A stretch of DNA of 64,000 nt from Bdellovibrionota bacterium (GTDB lineage Bacteria; Bdellovibrionota_C; UBA2361; CAKMMH01), in the NCBI GenBank assembly GCA_050952645.1, contig JBMNLI010000010.1, positions 128,001 to 192,000 of the forward strand. Direction: 5' to 3'. The position numbers were made by a program, and so were the translations under genes. Shown here in pieces: positions 53,921 through 64,000 of the stretch (its first letter is position 1; each line of letters begins with the position of its first letter). The notes beneath the pieces were generated by a model. That model was not told where the DNA came from, did no database searches, and was given only the letters and a program-made list of their open reading frames with translations.

Positions 53921-55384
53921 TTAAGAAAGAAACTTATGGATAGATGCGGCTGCTTTTCTTCCTGCTCCCATAGCTAAAATTACGGTAGCAGCCCCAGAAA
54001 CTATATCTCCGCCAGCGTAAACGCTGTCTAGCGATGTTTTTAAATTTTCATCGACTTTGATGCGTCCTTTATTATCGACTTCAATTTCGGGGGTTGTTTT
54101 AGAAATAAGTGGATTAGGCATATTACCTAGTGCCATAATAACGGCATCGGTTTCGATAATAAACTCACTTCCTTCTATAGCTTTAGGGCTTCTTCTTCCT
54201 GAAGCATCGATTTCGCCTAGTTCATATTTTAAACACTCAATACCTACTACGCTACTCTTATCATCTCCTAGGATTCTTTTCGGGTTCGTTAATAGTAAAA
54301 ACTCGATACCCTCTTCTAAGGCATGCTCTATCTCTTCTTTCCTTGCAGGCATCTCATCTCTTGAACGCCTATAAACTACCTTAACCTCTGAGCCTAATCT
54401 TCTTGCTACTCTCGCTGCGTCCATAGCAACATTTCCGCCCCCTACTACGACTATTTTTTTTGCACTATATAAAGGAGTATCGGCTTCTTCTTTATATCCA
54501 CTCATTAAATTTACTCTAGTTAAAAATTCATTAGCACTAAATACACCTACTAAATTTTCTCCCTCTATTCCCATAAACAATGGAAGCCCAGCGCCAGTGC
54601 TAATAAAAATAGCCTGAAACCCGTATTCCTCTTTTAACTGTTTAAGCGTCGCCGTGCGTCCTATAACAAAATTAGTTATGAAATTAACGCCCATTTTTTT
54701 TAATTTTTCTATTTCTTTTTCTACTATAATATTAGGCAATCTAAACTCTGGAATACCATAGATAAGCACACCACCTAATTTATGAAACGCTTCAAAAACA
54801 GTCACTTCATAGCCTAAACGCCTTAGGTCTGCGCTTGCAGCAAGGCCACAAGGCCCACTTCCTACAACGGCTACTTTTTTCCCATTGCTTTTTATTTCTT
54901 CAAAATTATCATCAAAATTATGCTCTCTTGCATAATCCGCTACAAATCTCTCTATTCTTCCTATCGATACTGCCTTATTAACATCTTTTAAAGATTTTCC
55001 TAATACGCATTCTTGTTGGCACTGCTTTTCTTGGGGACATACCCTACCACAAATACTAGGAAGAAGCGTATCTTTTTTTAGCACTTCGTATGCTTCTTTA
55101 AAATCACCTTTAGCAACGTTTTTTAAAAACTCTGGGATCTTTACGCTAACTGGGCACCCTTTTATGCAAGCTGGATTTTTGCATTGCAAACATCTATTAG
55201 CCTCTACTTGTGCCTTTTTAGCAGAGTAAGTATACGTAACCTCGTCCATATTAGAGATTCGCTTTTTCGGGTCTTGTTCATCTGCTACTTGCAAAGAAAT
55301 GCTTTGGCGTTCTTTGACAGTCAACTCATTAGAATTTTCGTTACTAACATCATTATTAAAAATTTTTGATAAGATTTCTTCCAT
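53921..55384 (-). CDS. nfnB: NfnB / GltD-like (SudA) NADPH-dependent flavoprotein subunit
   Basis: RCLQCKNPACIKGCPV, CGRVCPQEKQC, YGIPEFRLP, VVGGGNVAMD, AGGDIV. Confidence 0.85.
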   Translation of the reverse strand: MEEILSKIFNNDVSNENSNELTVKERQSISLQVADEQDPKKRISNMDEVTYTYSAKKAQVEANRCLQCKNPACIKGCPVSVKIPEFLKNVAKGDFKEAYEVLKKDTLLPSICGRVCPQEKQCQQECVLGKSLKDVNKAVSIGRIERFVADYAREHNFDDNFEEIKSNGKKVAVVGSGPCGLAASADLRRLGYEVTVFEAFHKLGGVLIYGIPEFRLPNIIVEKEIEKLKKMGVNFITNFVIGRTATLKQLKEEYGFQAIFISTGAGLPLFMGIEGENLVGVFSANEFLTRVNLMSGYKEEADTPLYSAKKIVVVGGGNVAMDAARVARRLGSEVKVVYRRSRDEMPARKEEIEHALEEGIEFLLLTNPKRILGDDKSSVVGIECLKYELGEIDASGRRSPKAIEGSEFIIETDAVIMALGNMPNPLISKTTPEIEVDNKGRIKVDENLKTSLDSVYAGGDIVSGAATVILAMGAGRKAAASIHKFLS

Positions 55385-55410
55385 TATAAAAACTCATTAT
55401 TTTATAATTA

Positions 55411-56340
55411 TTAGCTATTGCTAACACTCTTATTATTATTGTAATTACTATTACTACTATTACTACTATTATTACTACTACTATTATTATTATAAGCGTT
55501 ACTATTTACAGCGGCCTCTAATCTGCACTTGTGGTCTTTTTCACGCTCTACATCCTTAAAGCTCGATTGTCTTGCTAGTAGATTATCGAAATCTACCCCG
55601 CTAGCATCAAACTCAGGTCCATCGACGCAAACAAATTTAGTTTGCCCATCGACTACCACTCGGCACCCTCCGCACATTCCCGTTCCATCAATCATTATAG
55701 TATTTAAAGATACGACCGTTTTAACATCGTATTTCTTTGTAGTTAATGCGCAAAACTTCATCATGATAAGAGGACCTATAGCTATAACTAGATTAGGCTT
55801 AGTTTGCTCATCTTGACAAAGCTCTTCTAGAGGCAAGGTTACTACCCCCTTTCTTCCATAGCTTCCATCATCCGTACAAATCGTAAGATTATGAGAAACT
55901 TCACGAAAGCGTTCTTCGAACAAAATTAAATCTTTCGTTCTAGCGCCTAAGATAACGTGAACCTCATTCCCTGCATCATACAACGCTTTACATATCGGAT
56001 ACAAAGGAGCAACACCTACGCCACCTCCAACGCATACCACTTTTCCAAAGTTCTCTATATGAGTAGGAGTGCCAAGGGGACCTACTACTAAAATCTCATC
56101 ACCTACATTTAATCTTGATAATTTAAACGTGGTAGCTCCTATCGCTTGAAATACTAAGGAAATACTCCCCTCATCTACATTAGCATCGGCGATAGTTAAA
56201 GGAATCCTTTCTGCGTAATCCTCGTTTAACATTACTATAACGAACTGCCCTGCCTTTCTATTTTTAGCAATTTCCTTTGCGTATACTTTTATATGGTAAA
56301 CATCTAAAGAAAGTTGCTCTTTAAAAAAGATTTTATTCAT
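55411..56340 (-). CDS. nfnA: NfnA / SudB (PyrK-like FAD, 2Fe-2S) subunit
   Basis: ERIPLTIAD, GGGVG, DGTGMCGGCR, CVDGPEFD; directly upstream of nfnB. Confidence 0.85.
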   Translation of the reverse strand: MNKIFFKEQLSLDVYHIKVYAKEIAKNRKAGQFVIVMLNEDYAERIPLTIADANVDEGSISLVFQAIGATTFKLSRLNVGDEILVVGPLGTPTHIENFGKVVCVGGGVGVAPLYPICKALYDAGNEVHVILGARTKDLILFEERFREVSHNLTICTDDGSYGRKGVVTLPLEELCQDEQTKPNLVIAIGPLIMMKFCALTTKKYDVKTVVSLNTIMIDGTGMCGGCRVVVDGQTKFVCVDGPEFDASGVDFDNLLARQSSFKDVEREKDHKCRLEAAVNSNAYNNNSSSNNSSNSSNSNYNNNKSVSNS

Positions 56341-57058
56341 TCGCATTTTCTTTTGCTCCTGGCAATAAACTTACAATATTATTTTCCTCATTTACATATA
56401 CATTAAACTCATCACCATAACGGCAAAAACCATACCTTACGGCTCCACCATTATCTCTTAACAAATCTCTACAAGCCTTATCTTCTCCTTTCTCCCAAAG
56501 TTCTTGATATTTTTTTAAAAGAGAGTTGTCATCTAAAAGCTCTCTATCTACCATTGCAATGCAACGAGTATCTACAAAAACGTTTCCTATCGCATTTTCT
56601 TCTTTAGATAGTGCGTTCTTATCAACCTTAATATTGCTAGGGTGGATAATTATTGAAAGTGCATACGGGTCTCTTTGAATGCCGTAAGTATCTGGTGCGA
56701 TATCTATAACCTCACCACCATAATCTCTAACTATCTTATCTTTAACTACTACATCTTCGTCGATATTATCAAGCATTTTCTGAATAAATTGTGGATTAGC
56801 TAACATAAACTGATCTATTAACACTAAAGCTCCGCTTTCTACGGCAATTCGCTCTCTTTTATTTCCTGCGTCTGCCTGATTTGCATCGCCTCTTCTACCG
56901 CGATTATAATTATGGCTTTTTCTATTTGAAGAATACCTATCGTTATTTCTCGAAGAATACCTACTATCTCTTCTAGAATTTTTAAAATAACGATTATCTC
57001 TAGACCCTCTAGAACCTCTATCATCTCTACTATATCTACTATTGCTACTTCTTCTCAT
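56333..57058 (-). CDS. Hypothetical protein with an Arg/Ser/Asn-rich N-terminus and an internally duplicated domain
   Basis: 241-aa ORF with SD-like AAAGGGA; stop overlaps the nfnA start. Confidence 0.7.
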   Translation of the reverse strand: MRRSSNSRYSRDDRGSRGSRDNRYFKNSRRDSRYSSRNNDRYSSNRKSHNYNRGRRGDANQADAGNKRERIAVESGALVLIDQFMLANPQFIQKMLDNIDEDVVVKDKIVRDYGGEVIDIAPDTYGIQRDPYALSIIIHPSNIKVDKNALSKEENAIGNVFVDTRCIAMVDRELLDDNSLLKKYQELWEKGEDKACRDLLRDNGGAVRYGFCRYGDEFNVYVNEENNIVSLLPGAKENANE

Positions 57059-57687
57059 TTTTATTTCATCCCTTTAACTAAATATAAAAATATTAAATAA
57101 ATAATTATTAAATATAATGCTAGACACGCTACGAACGCTTTCTAAATCCTTACTCTTATCTTTTAGACCCTTATCTTTTAGATCCCTTATCGTTGTAAAA
57201 TTCAATATACAAAAAAAGCGTTAAGCTTAAGAAAGCTTAAAATAAAAGTGGAAAACTATCTTGAATGCTTAAAAAATAATTTTTTAATTTGAAATCACTA
57301 ATCATTAGAAAAATACACTTTTAACTATTTTATTTAACTTTTATTTTTTTTGTATTTAACGAAATTCACACGCTTAATATAGAATTTTTTTAAAAAGCGT
57401 TTCTTATTTTAATCATATTTTAATCATATTTTAATAAAATTGTTTAAACTAAATACTTATATAAAATTTATCAAAATTTTAAACTTATATCTCTTAAGGG
57501 GTTTAAAATTACCTATACTTTTTTATTTTAAATTTTAATTTAAAAAATCTCTCACTTCTTTTATTGTATATAGCTTAACCTAACCCCACTTCTCTTTTAT
57601 AACGTATGGTAACTAGTATAGTTTAATTTGCAAATTATTTAAAGTTGCTATCTATAAATTTTTAAAACTTGCCGATAGTAGCTTTAT

Positions 57688-58296
57688 ATGGAAATTATTC
57701 AATACACTAACAACAACGCATCTAAAAATATTACTCATAACAATCAAGATGTTATATCATTTGGCTTCGTTTCATACAATAAAAATGCTTATGAAATTGT
57801 AGGCGAATATTCAAACGAACTACTTCTTTTTAGAGCAAAAAAATTTTGGAAAGCAGCTCTTTTAGATACTTTTTTGCTAGAATATGCCACAGATTTCAAA
57901 TTAAAAGTAAAAAGGAACTCAAAAAATAGCATTTATCATTTGATATGTACTTTTCATAGTGCTTGCGGACGATACGCTTTTTGGCGTATAAACAACGACC
58001 AAAATCCAGAGGTTAGATACATCATTGAAACTGCACATCAAACGCAAACTGCCGATAATTACGATAAAATATTAAATAAATTTCCTAAATTTACTATTTT
58101 AACGGATCAAAGCCTTATTTGTGATATTGAAGATCAAACTAGCAATATATCAGACGTTTTAAAAAAAATAGTAAAAAGAATCTGCAAAGTTAATAACAAT
58201 ATGTTTGAAAGTAACGATATCGACGATAATAACAAGAATAATAATATAAAAAATAATAATATAAAAGATAACGATAACGACGATAACAAACAATAA
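57688..58296 (+). CDS. Hypothetical protein with an Asn/Asp-rich tail
   Basis: 202-aa ORF; no family recognised. Confidence 0.6.
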   Translation: MEIIQYTNNNASKNITHNNQDVISFGFVSYNKNAYEIVGEYSNELLLFRAKKFWKAALLDTFLLEYATDFKLKVKRNSKNSIYHLICTFHSACGRYAFWRINNDQNPEVRYIIETAHQTQTADNYDKILNKFPKFTILTDQSLICDIEDQTSNISDVLKKIVKRICKVNNNMFESNDIDDNNKNNNIKNNNIKDNDNDDNKQ

Positions 58297-58454
58297 TAAT
58301 AATAAAAAACAATAATAAAAAATAAGAGCAATAAAAGAGGCAAGCTAACTTCTATTTATCTATCTTTACTTTCTATCCTTTTATCTTTTTATCTTTTCGC
58401 TATTTTTTCTTATAACTCTAAAATTTCCTTTTAGAACTTTTTATAATTATTATT

Positions 58455-59702
58455 TTAATTATTAGGATTTTTTAAAATAATGCTCGCATTAGTCCCACCA
58501 AAACCAAACGAATTTGAAAGAGCGTATCTTATCTTCTTTTCCTTAAATTTATTAGGCGTATAATCTAAGTCGCACATAGGATCCTTATTTTCATAATTTA
58601 TTGTAGGTGGCACTATACTATCCTTAATTGCTAGCGTGCAAAACAAAGCTTCGATAGCACCCGCCGCTCCTAGCAAATGTCCCGTCATCGATTTTGTAGA
58701 ACTTACACTTAGGTTATAAGCATGCTCCTTAAAAACTTCTTTTATAGCTAAAGTTTCCGTTTCATCATTAGCCTTTGTAGATGTTCCATGAGCGTTTATA
58801 TAATCGACCTCTTCTTTATTTATATTAGCGCTTTCTAATGCCATACGTATGCAAGCGATAGCCCCCTCACCGTCTTTAGATGGTGCCGTGATATGGTAAG
58901 CATCACAAGAATAACCATATCCTACAACCTCAGCGTAGATATTAGCTCCCCTTTCTTTAGCCTTTTCATATTCTTCTAAAACGATAACTATGCCCCCTTC
59001 TCCCATAACGAACCCATCTCTATCAGCATCAAATGGGCGAGAGGCACGTTTAGGCTCATCATTTCTAGTTGAAAGCGCTTTCATAGCTGCAAAGCCTCCG
59101 ACTGCCGTCGGTGTAATAGTGCTTTCCGCACCACCAGTAAGCATAACATCGTGCACACCATCTCTTATCATTCTATAAGCTTCGCCAATAGCATGAGTAG
59201 AGGAAGCACAAGCACTAGTAATAATGTAATTTGTACCCTTTAGACCGTGTTCAATTCCTAGATATCCAGCGGCTAAATTGCTTATAAGAGCAGGGATCAT
59301 AAAAGGCGATATTTTTTTAGCTCCTCCATCTTTATAAGCATCGTAGTATTTTTCTAAAACGGGAAGCCCCCCCATACCTATACCTAAAATACACCCCATT
59401 CTTTCTGGATCATAAATTGAAACGCCGTCTAACTTCGCATCGACCATGGCTTGCTTTCCTGCAGCTATGGTATATTGAGTAAAATAGTCTACTTTCTTAA
59501 CTTGCTTTACTTCCATGTAATCCTCAGGACTAAAATCTTTTACGATACCCGCTATTTTTATTGGAAAATTTTCAGTGCTAAATTGAGTTATGTAATCTAT
59601 CCCAGAAACGCCATTAACAATATTATTCCACGCATCTTTAACATTATTTCCACAAGGACAAACGCACCCTAAGCCCGTAATCGCCACTCTTTTTTTATCC
59701 AT
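58455..59702 (-). CDS. fabF: Beta-ketoacyl-ACP synthase II
   Basis: TSACAS, INAHGTST, KSMTGHLLGAAG, SNSFGFGG. Confidence 0.96.
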   Translation of the reverse strand: MDKKRVAITGLGCVCPCGNNVKDAWNNIVNGVSGIDYITQFSTENFPIKIAGIVKDFSPEDYMEVKQVKKVDYFTQYTIAAGKQAMVDAKLDGVSIYDPERMGCILGIGMGGLPVLEKYYDAYKDGGAKKISPFMIPALISNLAAGYLGIEHGLKGTNYIITSACASSTHAIGEAYRMIRDGVHDVMLTGGAESTITPTAVGGFAAMKALSTRNDEPKRASRPFDADRDGFVMGEGGIVIVLEEYEKAKERGANIYAEVVGYGYSCDAYHITAPSKDGEGAIACIRMALESANINKEEVDYINAHGTSTKANDETETLAIKEVFKEHAYNLSVSSTKSMTGHLLGAAGAIEALFCTLAIKDSIVPPTINYENKDPMCDLDYTPNKFKEKKIRYALSNSFGFGGTNASIILKNPNN

Positions 59703-59832
59703 AATAAACTTACTCCATCTTCTAAATATTATAAAATATTATTATCTAAAAATATTATGCAAAATACATTTTAACTCTATTCTTTTAGAATATCTTTTAG
59801 AATATCTTTTTTTTATTATTGTGTAAACAGGG

Positions 59833-61374
59833 TTAAAACTTAAAAATATGGGCACTATATTTAGAAAGCTTTACAAATAAACCAAAATCCGCTAACTCGC
59901 TTCCCGTTCTTTCGTACTTAACATCGTTTAGCAAATCTTCTAAAACGTAATTTTTATCTCTTTCAAAATTAAACCTATCAAAATTAAATTTTATATGTGC
60001 GCTCGATTCGTATTCTGAAAAATTTACTACTACTATTCTTTTTTCTTTATTATCTTCTTTATTATATTCTTTATGATTTTCTTTATGATTTTCTTTATTT
60101 ATTTCTTTACTATATTCTAAATATTCTAAACTCCAAGCTAAAATATTATTTTGTGATAAATCATCCATTCCCTTTTCTACATCTAATAAACGCCAAGTGC
60201 CTTTTTTAAACACATCATTATTGACAATCTTAAGTAGCTTTAGATAAAAACTTTTTATATCCGCATCCTCATTAAAAATAGGTTCTCTTCTTAATTGCAC
60301 GGGAAGCCGTATAGGAGCCCCTTCGAATTGCCCATCGTAGTAAAATCTCATTCCTAAAATCGTGCTTATAATTATAGCCCCCATCTTGGCCTTTTCTTTT
60401 CCTAACGACGCAATGGACCTTTTTTCATCGTGGTTTTCTATAAACCTTACAAGCTTTTTTTGATATGAAATTTGTGCTTTTAAATGATCTCTAATATCAT
60501 TAGCATTAGAATGAGTTATTCTATCTAATAGCCTTTTATCATACGTATAATCAAACCCTAATTGCTGCATCTCCCATTCCATGTCCCAATAAACTTCTGC
60601 TATAAATATAAAACTAGGACTCTCCTTTTTTACCTCCGCTATGGCCTCTTGCCAAAACTCCCCACTTAAAGTTTTAATATTTTGTGCCTTTAAGACTTCT
60701 CCCCAAGTTTTTTTAAATACTTTATTTACTGCAAGCATTGCCATATCGCATCTTACACCATCTGCAACTAGGCACAAACCTTTTAAGATATCTTTCATAA
60801 ACTTTCTTGCATTATCGTTAAAATAATTTACCTGCACAGTATCTTGCCAAGCAACATAATTAGGGTCTTTACCATGGGCAAAATATTTTCCTTTATTATT
60901 ATCAGGTTCAAAAAAAGTTATACCATCTCTATCGAAATCTTCTTTCCTGCATTGTAAAAAAACCTCTTCATGAGTTTTAAGTAAAGGCGTGCTAGCTCCA
61001 AAATGATTAGGCACGAAGTCTACTATTAGCTTTAAACCGATATCGTTTAATTTTTGTTTAAGTATCTTTAAATCTTCTCTATCGCCTAAAGATTTATTTA
61101 ATACATAATTAGAAATAGCATAAGGAGAACCGATTATATCTTTGCTTTCAACATCGAAAAGTGCACTCTTATACTCCTTTAAAAGTCCATCAGTTTTACA
61201 GTATTTATCGATATAAGTCTGCAAAAGAGGCTCCCAAAGCCCCATAAGCCAAATATATTCAATTCCTAAATCTTTTAAATTTTCAAAGTAGGACATCGGA
61301 ATTTCTAGCAAAGTTTTATTATGCTTATGACAAAAAGCACGAGTATTTATTTGATATAGCGATGTATTCGTCAT
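59833..61374 (-). CDS. Alpha-amylase family (GH13) glycoside hydrolase
   Basis: GSPYAI, DFVPNH, DGVRCDMA, AEVY, FIENHDE catalytic motifs. Confidence 0.9.
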   Translation of the reverse strand: MTNTSLYQINTRAFCHKHNKTLLEIPMSYFENLKDLGIEYIWLMGLWEPLLQTYIDKYCKTDGLLKEYKSALFDVESKDIIGSPYAISNYVLNKSLGDREDLKILKQKLNDIGLKLIVDFVPNHFGASTPLLKTHEEVFLQCRKEDFDRDGITFFEPDNNKGKYFAHGKDPNYVAWQDTVQVNYFNDNARKFMKDILKGLCLVADGVRCDMAMLAVNKVFKKTWGEVLKAQNIKTLSGEFWQEAIAEVKKESPSFIFIAEVYWDMEWEMQQLGFDYTYDKRLLDRITHSNANDIRDHLKAQISYQKKLVRFIENHDEKRSIASLGKEKAKMGAIIISTILGMRFYYDGQFEGAPIRLPVQLRREPIFNEDADIKSFYLKLLKIVNNDVFKKGTWRLLDVEKGMDDLSQNNILAWSLEYLEYSKEINKENHKENHKEYNKEDNKEKRIVVVNFSEYESSAHIKFNFDRFNFERDKNYVLEDLLNDVKYERTGSELADFGLFVKLSKYSAHIFKF

Positions 61375-61436
61375 AAAAAAAACATTAAATAAAAAAACAT
61401 TAAATAAAAAACGTATTTAAAATTCTTTTAAAAAAA

Positions 61437-63800
61437 TTATTTTAATGGAACGCCTTTTCTAGCTAAACTATCTACGATTTTATCTACTACCTCTTGCACT
61501 TCCTCTCTTGTAAGCGTCCTGTCTAAACAAGAAAATGTCAATCTTATAGTAATAGCTTTCGTGTCGTTTTCATTGTAAATATCTATAACTTTTACTTTAG
61601 TTATTAAACTTGAGTTAATCTCATCGATAGTTTTTCCTATAACATCATAAGTATTAGAAACAAAATTTAAATCCACTTCTACGCTAGGATATTTCGATAT
61701 TTCATCGTAGACCAATTCTTCTTTTTCAATACTAGAAAGCGTAAAAACATCTATTTCTAAAAATATTATCGAAGCTTTTTTATCTATATTTTTACCTACG
61801 CTAGGATGCACTACACCAATTACACCAAGTTCTACATTATCGCAAATTATAGTATTTAAATTTTTAGGATGTTCAAAACTTCTAGTAGCCACTCTAGGTT
61901 TTAAAGTTATATCTTTTCTAACTACCTCTAAACCGATAACAAACATCATATCTCTTAAGTTAAAAAATAATTCTTCCGTGCTCTTAGTCTTACTAAAAAG
62001 CGTTATAGCGAGCATCTTATGCTCATCACAAAGATTATCTTTATTAAGTCCGTTTACAACGCTTCCTATTTCAAATATACCAAAGTCGGAGGCAAAAAAG
62101 GTATTATTACTAACTTGACATAGCGAGGTTGGAATTATCGAGCGACGAATAGTTTTTATGTTAGGATTTATCGAATCTGATATTTCTATATTATCTTCTA
62201 TCTCAATTCCTAAATTTTTACATTCGTCGTAATATGCCCAGATGTATGAATGAACCTCATGAAGCAAGAAGCGTTTAACGAGGATATCCTTTATTTGCTC
62301 TTCGACTAGTTTTTTTCTTTCTATATTTACCGGATAAAGACTAGACTCTAAAGGTTGAGGCGTAAAATTGTCGTATCCATAAATTCTAGTGATTTCTTCC
62401 ACTAAGTCGACTTTCATAGTAACGTCTTTAGTAGCACGCCAAGATGGAACTTTCACGCTGAAATTATCTCCCTTTCTTTTAACCTCAAAGCCTAATGATT
62501 TTAAAGTTTTCTCTATACGCTCATTCGTTATCGCATCTCCGATACCCGTATATCTATCGACGTAAGCTTTATCAAAACTTATAGTTTTTCTTTCATAACT
62601 TCTTTTATATTCGTCCGTGAGTGCTGAAACTACTTTTACATTTTTATCAATACTAGTTAAAAGCTCTACTAGTCTAGCTACGGCTAGCGTAGTCATCTCG
62701 GGGTCTAAAGTTTTTTCATATCTTTGAGATGCATCGGTTCTATGATTTAACCTTGTAGCAGATTTTCTTACAGATGGCGCATCAAAACACGCAGACTCTA
62801 AAGTAAACGAAGAAGTATCTGTGGCTATCTCTGAGTCGAACCCTCCCATTATACCTGCTATTGCAACTGGAGTATCGTCGCTACAAATCATTAAAGTTTG
62901 AGTATCTATGTTTCGCTCTACGCCATCTAGAGTTTTAAATTTAAAAGGCTTATCAAACTTTTTGATTCTTATTTTATCTATCTTTCTTGAGTCGAAAGCA
63001 TGCATCGGTTGCCCCATCTCTAGCATTAAATAGTTTGTAAGGTCTGTTAAGAAATTTATTGCTCGCATGCCGCAATAATAAAGCCTTATTTTTATATTCA
63101 CAGGGCTTACTTTTACGTTTACATTTTCAAATTTTATTGAAGCGTATCTTAAACAATCATCATCCATTATTTTTAAATCTACCTTAGGCAATCTATCGTA
63201 TTTTTTTAAATTAGCTACTTTCATTTCCTTTAACGGACGCCCTGAAAGCACTGAAAATTCTCTTGCTATGCCGTAATGTCCCCATAAATCAGGGCGATTC
63301 GTAAGCGACTTATTATCTATTTCAAAAATGATATCATCTATATCAAAAATTTCTTTTAAATCTGTTCCATTTTTTAAATTAAGTGGCAACTCCATTATTC
63401 GAGAATTATTATCACTTATGCCGAGTTCTTTTTCACTACAACACATACCGCTAGACATTACACCTTGAAAGTCTTTAGGCTCTATATCGATGCTACCTAT
63501 CTTGCCACCTACTTTTGCAAATGCGGTTTTCATATTAACTCTAACATTAGGAGCACCGCACACTACATCTATTAAATCCTTTTCTCCTATATCTACTTTT
63601 AGCACATGATATTTTTTATTCTCTAAGTGTTCTCTTACTTCCTTAATTTCACCTACAACGACTCCCTTTATATCGCTTCCTTTATAAAATATTTCATTTT
63701 CAACCTCGGCAGTCGATAAGGAAAACTTTTGAATTAGTTTATCGATATCTAATCCATCTAAATCAACGAAATCTTTTATCCAATTTATCGAAATATACAT
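61437..63800 (-). CDS. pheT: Phenylalanine--tRNA ligase beta subunit
   Basis: VVCGAPNV, NRPDLWGHYGIARE, GQPMHAFD, VPSWRA..DLVEEITRIYGY. Confidence 0.96.
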   Translation of the reverse strand: MYISINWIKDFVDLDGLDIDKLIQKFSLSTAEVENEIFYKGSDIKGVVVGEIKEVREHLENKKYHVLKVDIGEKDLIDVVCGAPNVRVNMKTAFAKVGGKIGSIDIEPKDFQGVMSSGMCCSEKELGISDNNSRIMELPLNLKNGTDLKEIFDIDDIIFEIDNKSLTNRPDLWGHYGIAREFSVLSGRPLKEMKVANLKKYDRLPKVDLKIMDDDCLRYASIKFENVNVKVSPVNIKIRLYYCGMRAINFLTDLTNYLMLEMGQPMHAFDSRKIDKIRIKKFDKPFKFKTLDGVERNIDTQTLMICSDDTPVAIAGIMGGFDSEIATDTSSFTLESACFDAPSVRKSATRLNHRTDASQRYEKTLDPEMTTLAVARLVELLTSIDKNVKVVSALTDEYKRSYERKTISFDKAYVDRYTGIGDAITNERIEKTLKSLGFEVKRKGDNFSVKVPSWRATKDVTMKVDLVEEITRIYGYDNFTPQPLESSLYPVNIERKKLVEEQIKDILVKRFLLHEVHSYIWAYYDECKNLGIEIEDNIEISDSINPNIKTIRRSIIPTSLCQVSNNTFFASDFGIFEIGSVVNGLNKDNLCDEHKMLAITLFSKTKSTEELFFNLRDMMFVIGLEVVRKDITLKPRVATRSFEHPKNLNTIICDNVELGVIGVVHPSVGKNIDKKASIIFLEIDVFTLSSIEKEELVYDEISKYPSVEVDLNFVSNTYDVIGKTIDEINSSLITKVKVIDIYNENDTKAITIRLTFSCLDRTLTREEVQEVVDKIVDSLARKGVPLK

Positions 63801-64000
63801 TTTTTTTGCCTTTATAAATATAACTTATAAAAAAATTTTATCTCTATTTAAATTATTTTTTAGCTTCTTTATTTTAACTTATTTATTTTAACTATTTTAA
63901 CTTCTTTATTTTAATCTTATTTATTTAATCTTATTTATTTTTTATTTAATTTATTTATCTAAATTTTTTTTATCCTCTATCTTTTTTTATCCCCTATCTT

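Noticed and set aside
57650..57680. sigma28-like GCCGATAG (also TCCGATAT at 13112)
   Set aside because: No TAAA -35 element at the canonical 15-nt spacing

Overview
A very AT-rich bacterial chromosomal window with mostly minus-strand genes. Housekeeping genes: Sua5/TsaC, adk, prfA, groES-groEL, pssA, dnaE, lysS, fabF, pheT, and tRNA-Gly(CCC) and tRNA-Glu(CTC). Envelope and glycan genes: two tandem RmlC-like cupins, a flippase-like membrane protein, a WbpP/TviC-type epimerase, a GT4 glycosyltransferase, and murL-murD2. Transporters: KtrAB, PiT with DUF47, a CorC/HlyC protein and an ABC exporter. Fermentative anaerobe modules: an [FeFe] hydrogenase, AdhE and NfnAB. No CRISPR array, prophage or transposase gene is visible. 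The most striking unexplained structure is a dispersed family of about 9 intergenic palindromic elements. Their conserved arms are GG(T/C)TCTT(T)CACGTTTT(A/G)AG(G)TGG, their interiors vary from about 5 to 230 bp, and they sit next to gene ends or in leaders. The largest copy carries an inverted pair of DnaA boxes. Other oddities: several apparently catalytically dead enzyme homologues (UvrA-like, beta-lactamase-like, PHP-like, Nudix-like), two single-base frameshifts in homopolymers (adhE and a Nudix-like gene), an unannotated 49-aa ORF with an IF1-like motif, an HU protein with a long Lys/Ala/Thr tail, and a large orphan protein with a caspase-fold-like dyad. All calls come from motif recognition by eye; no searches were run.
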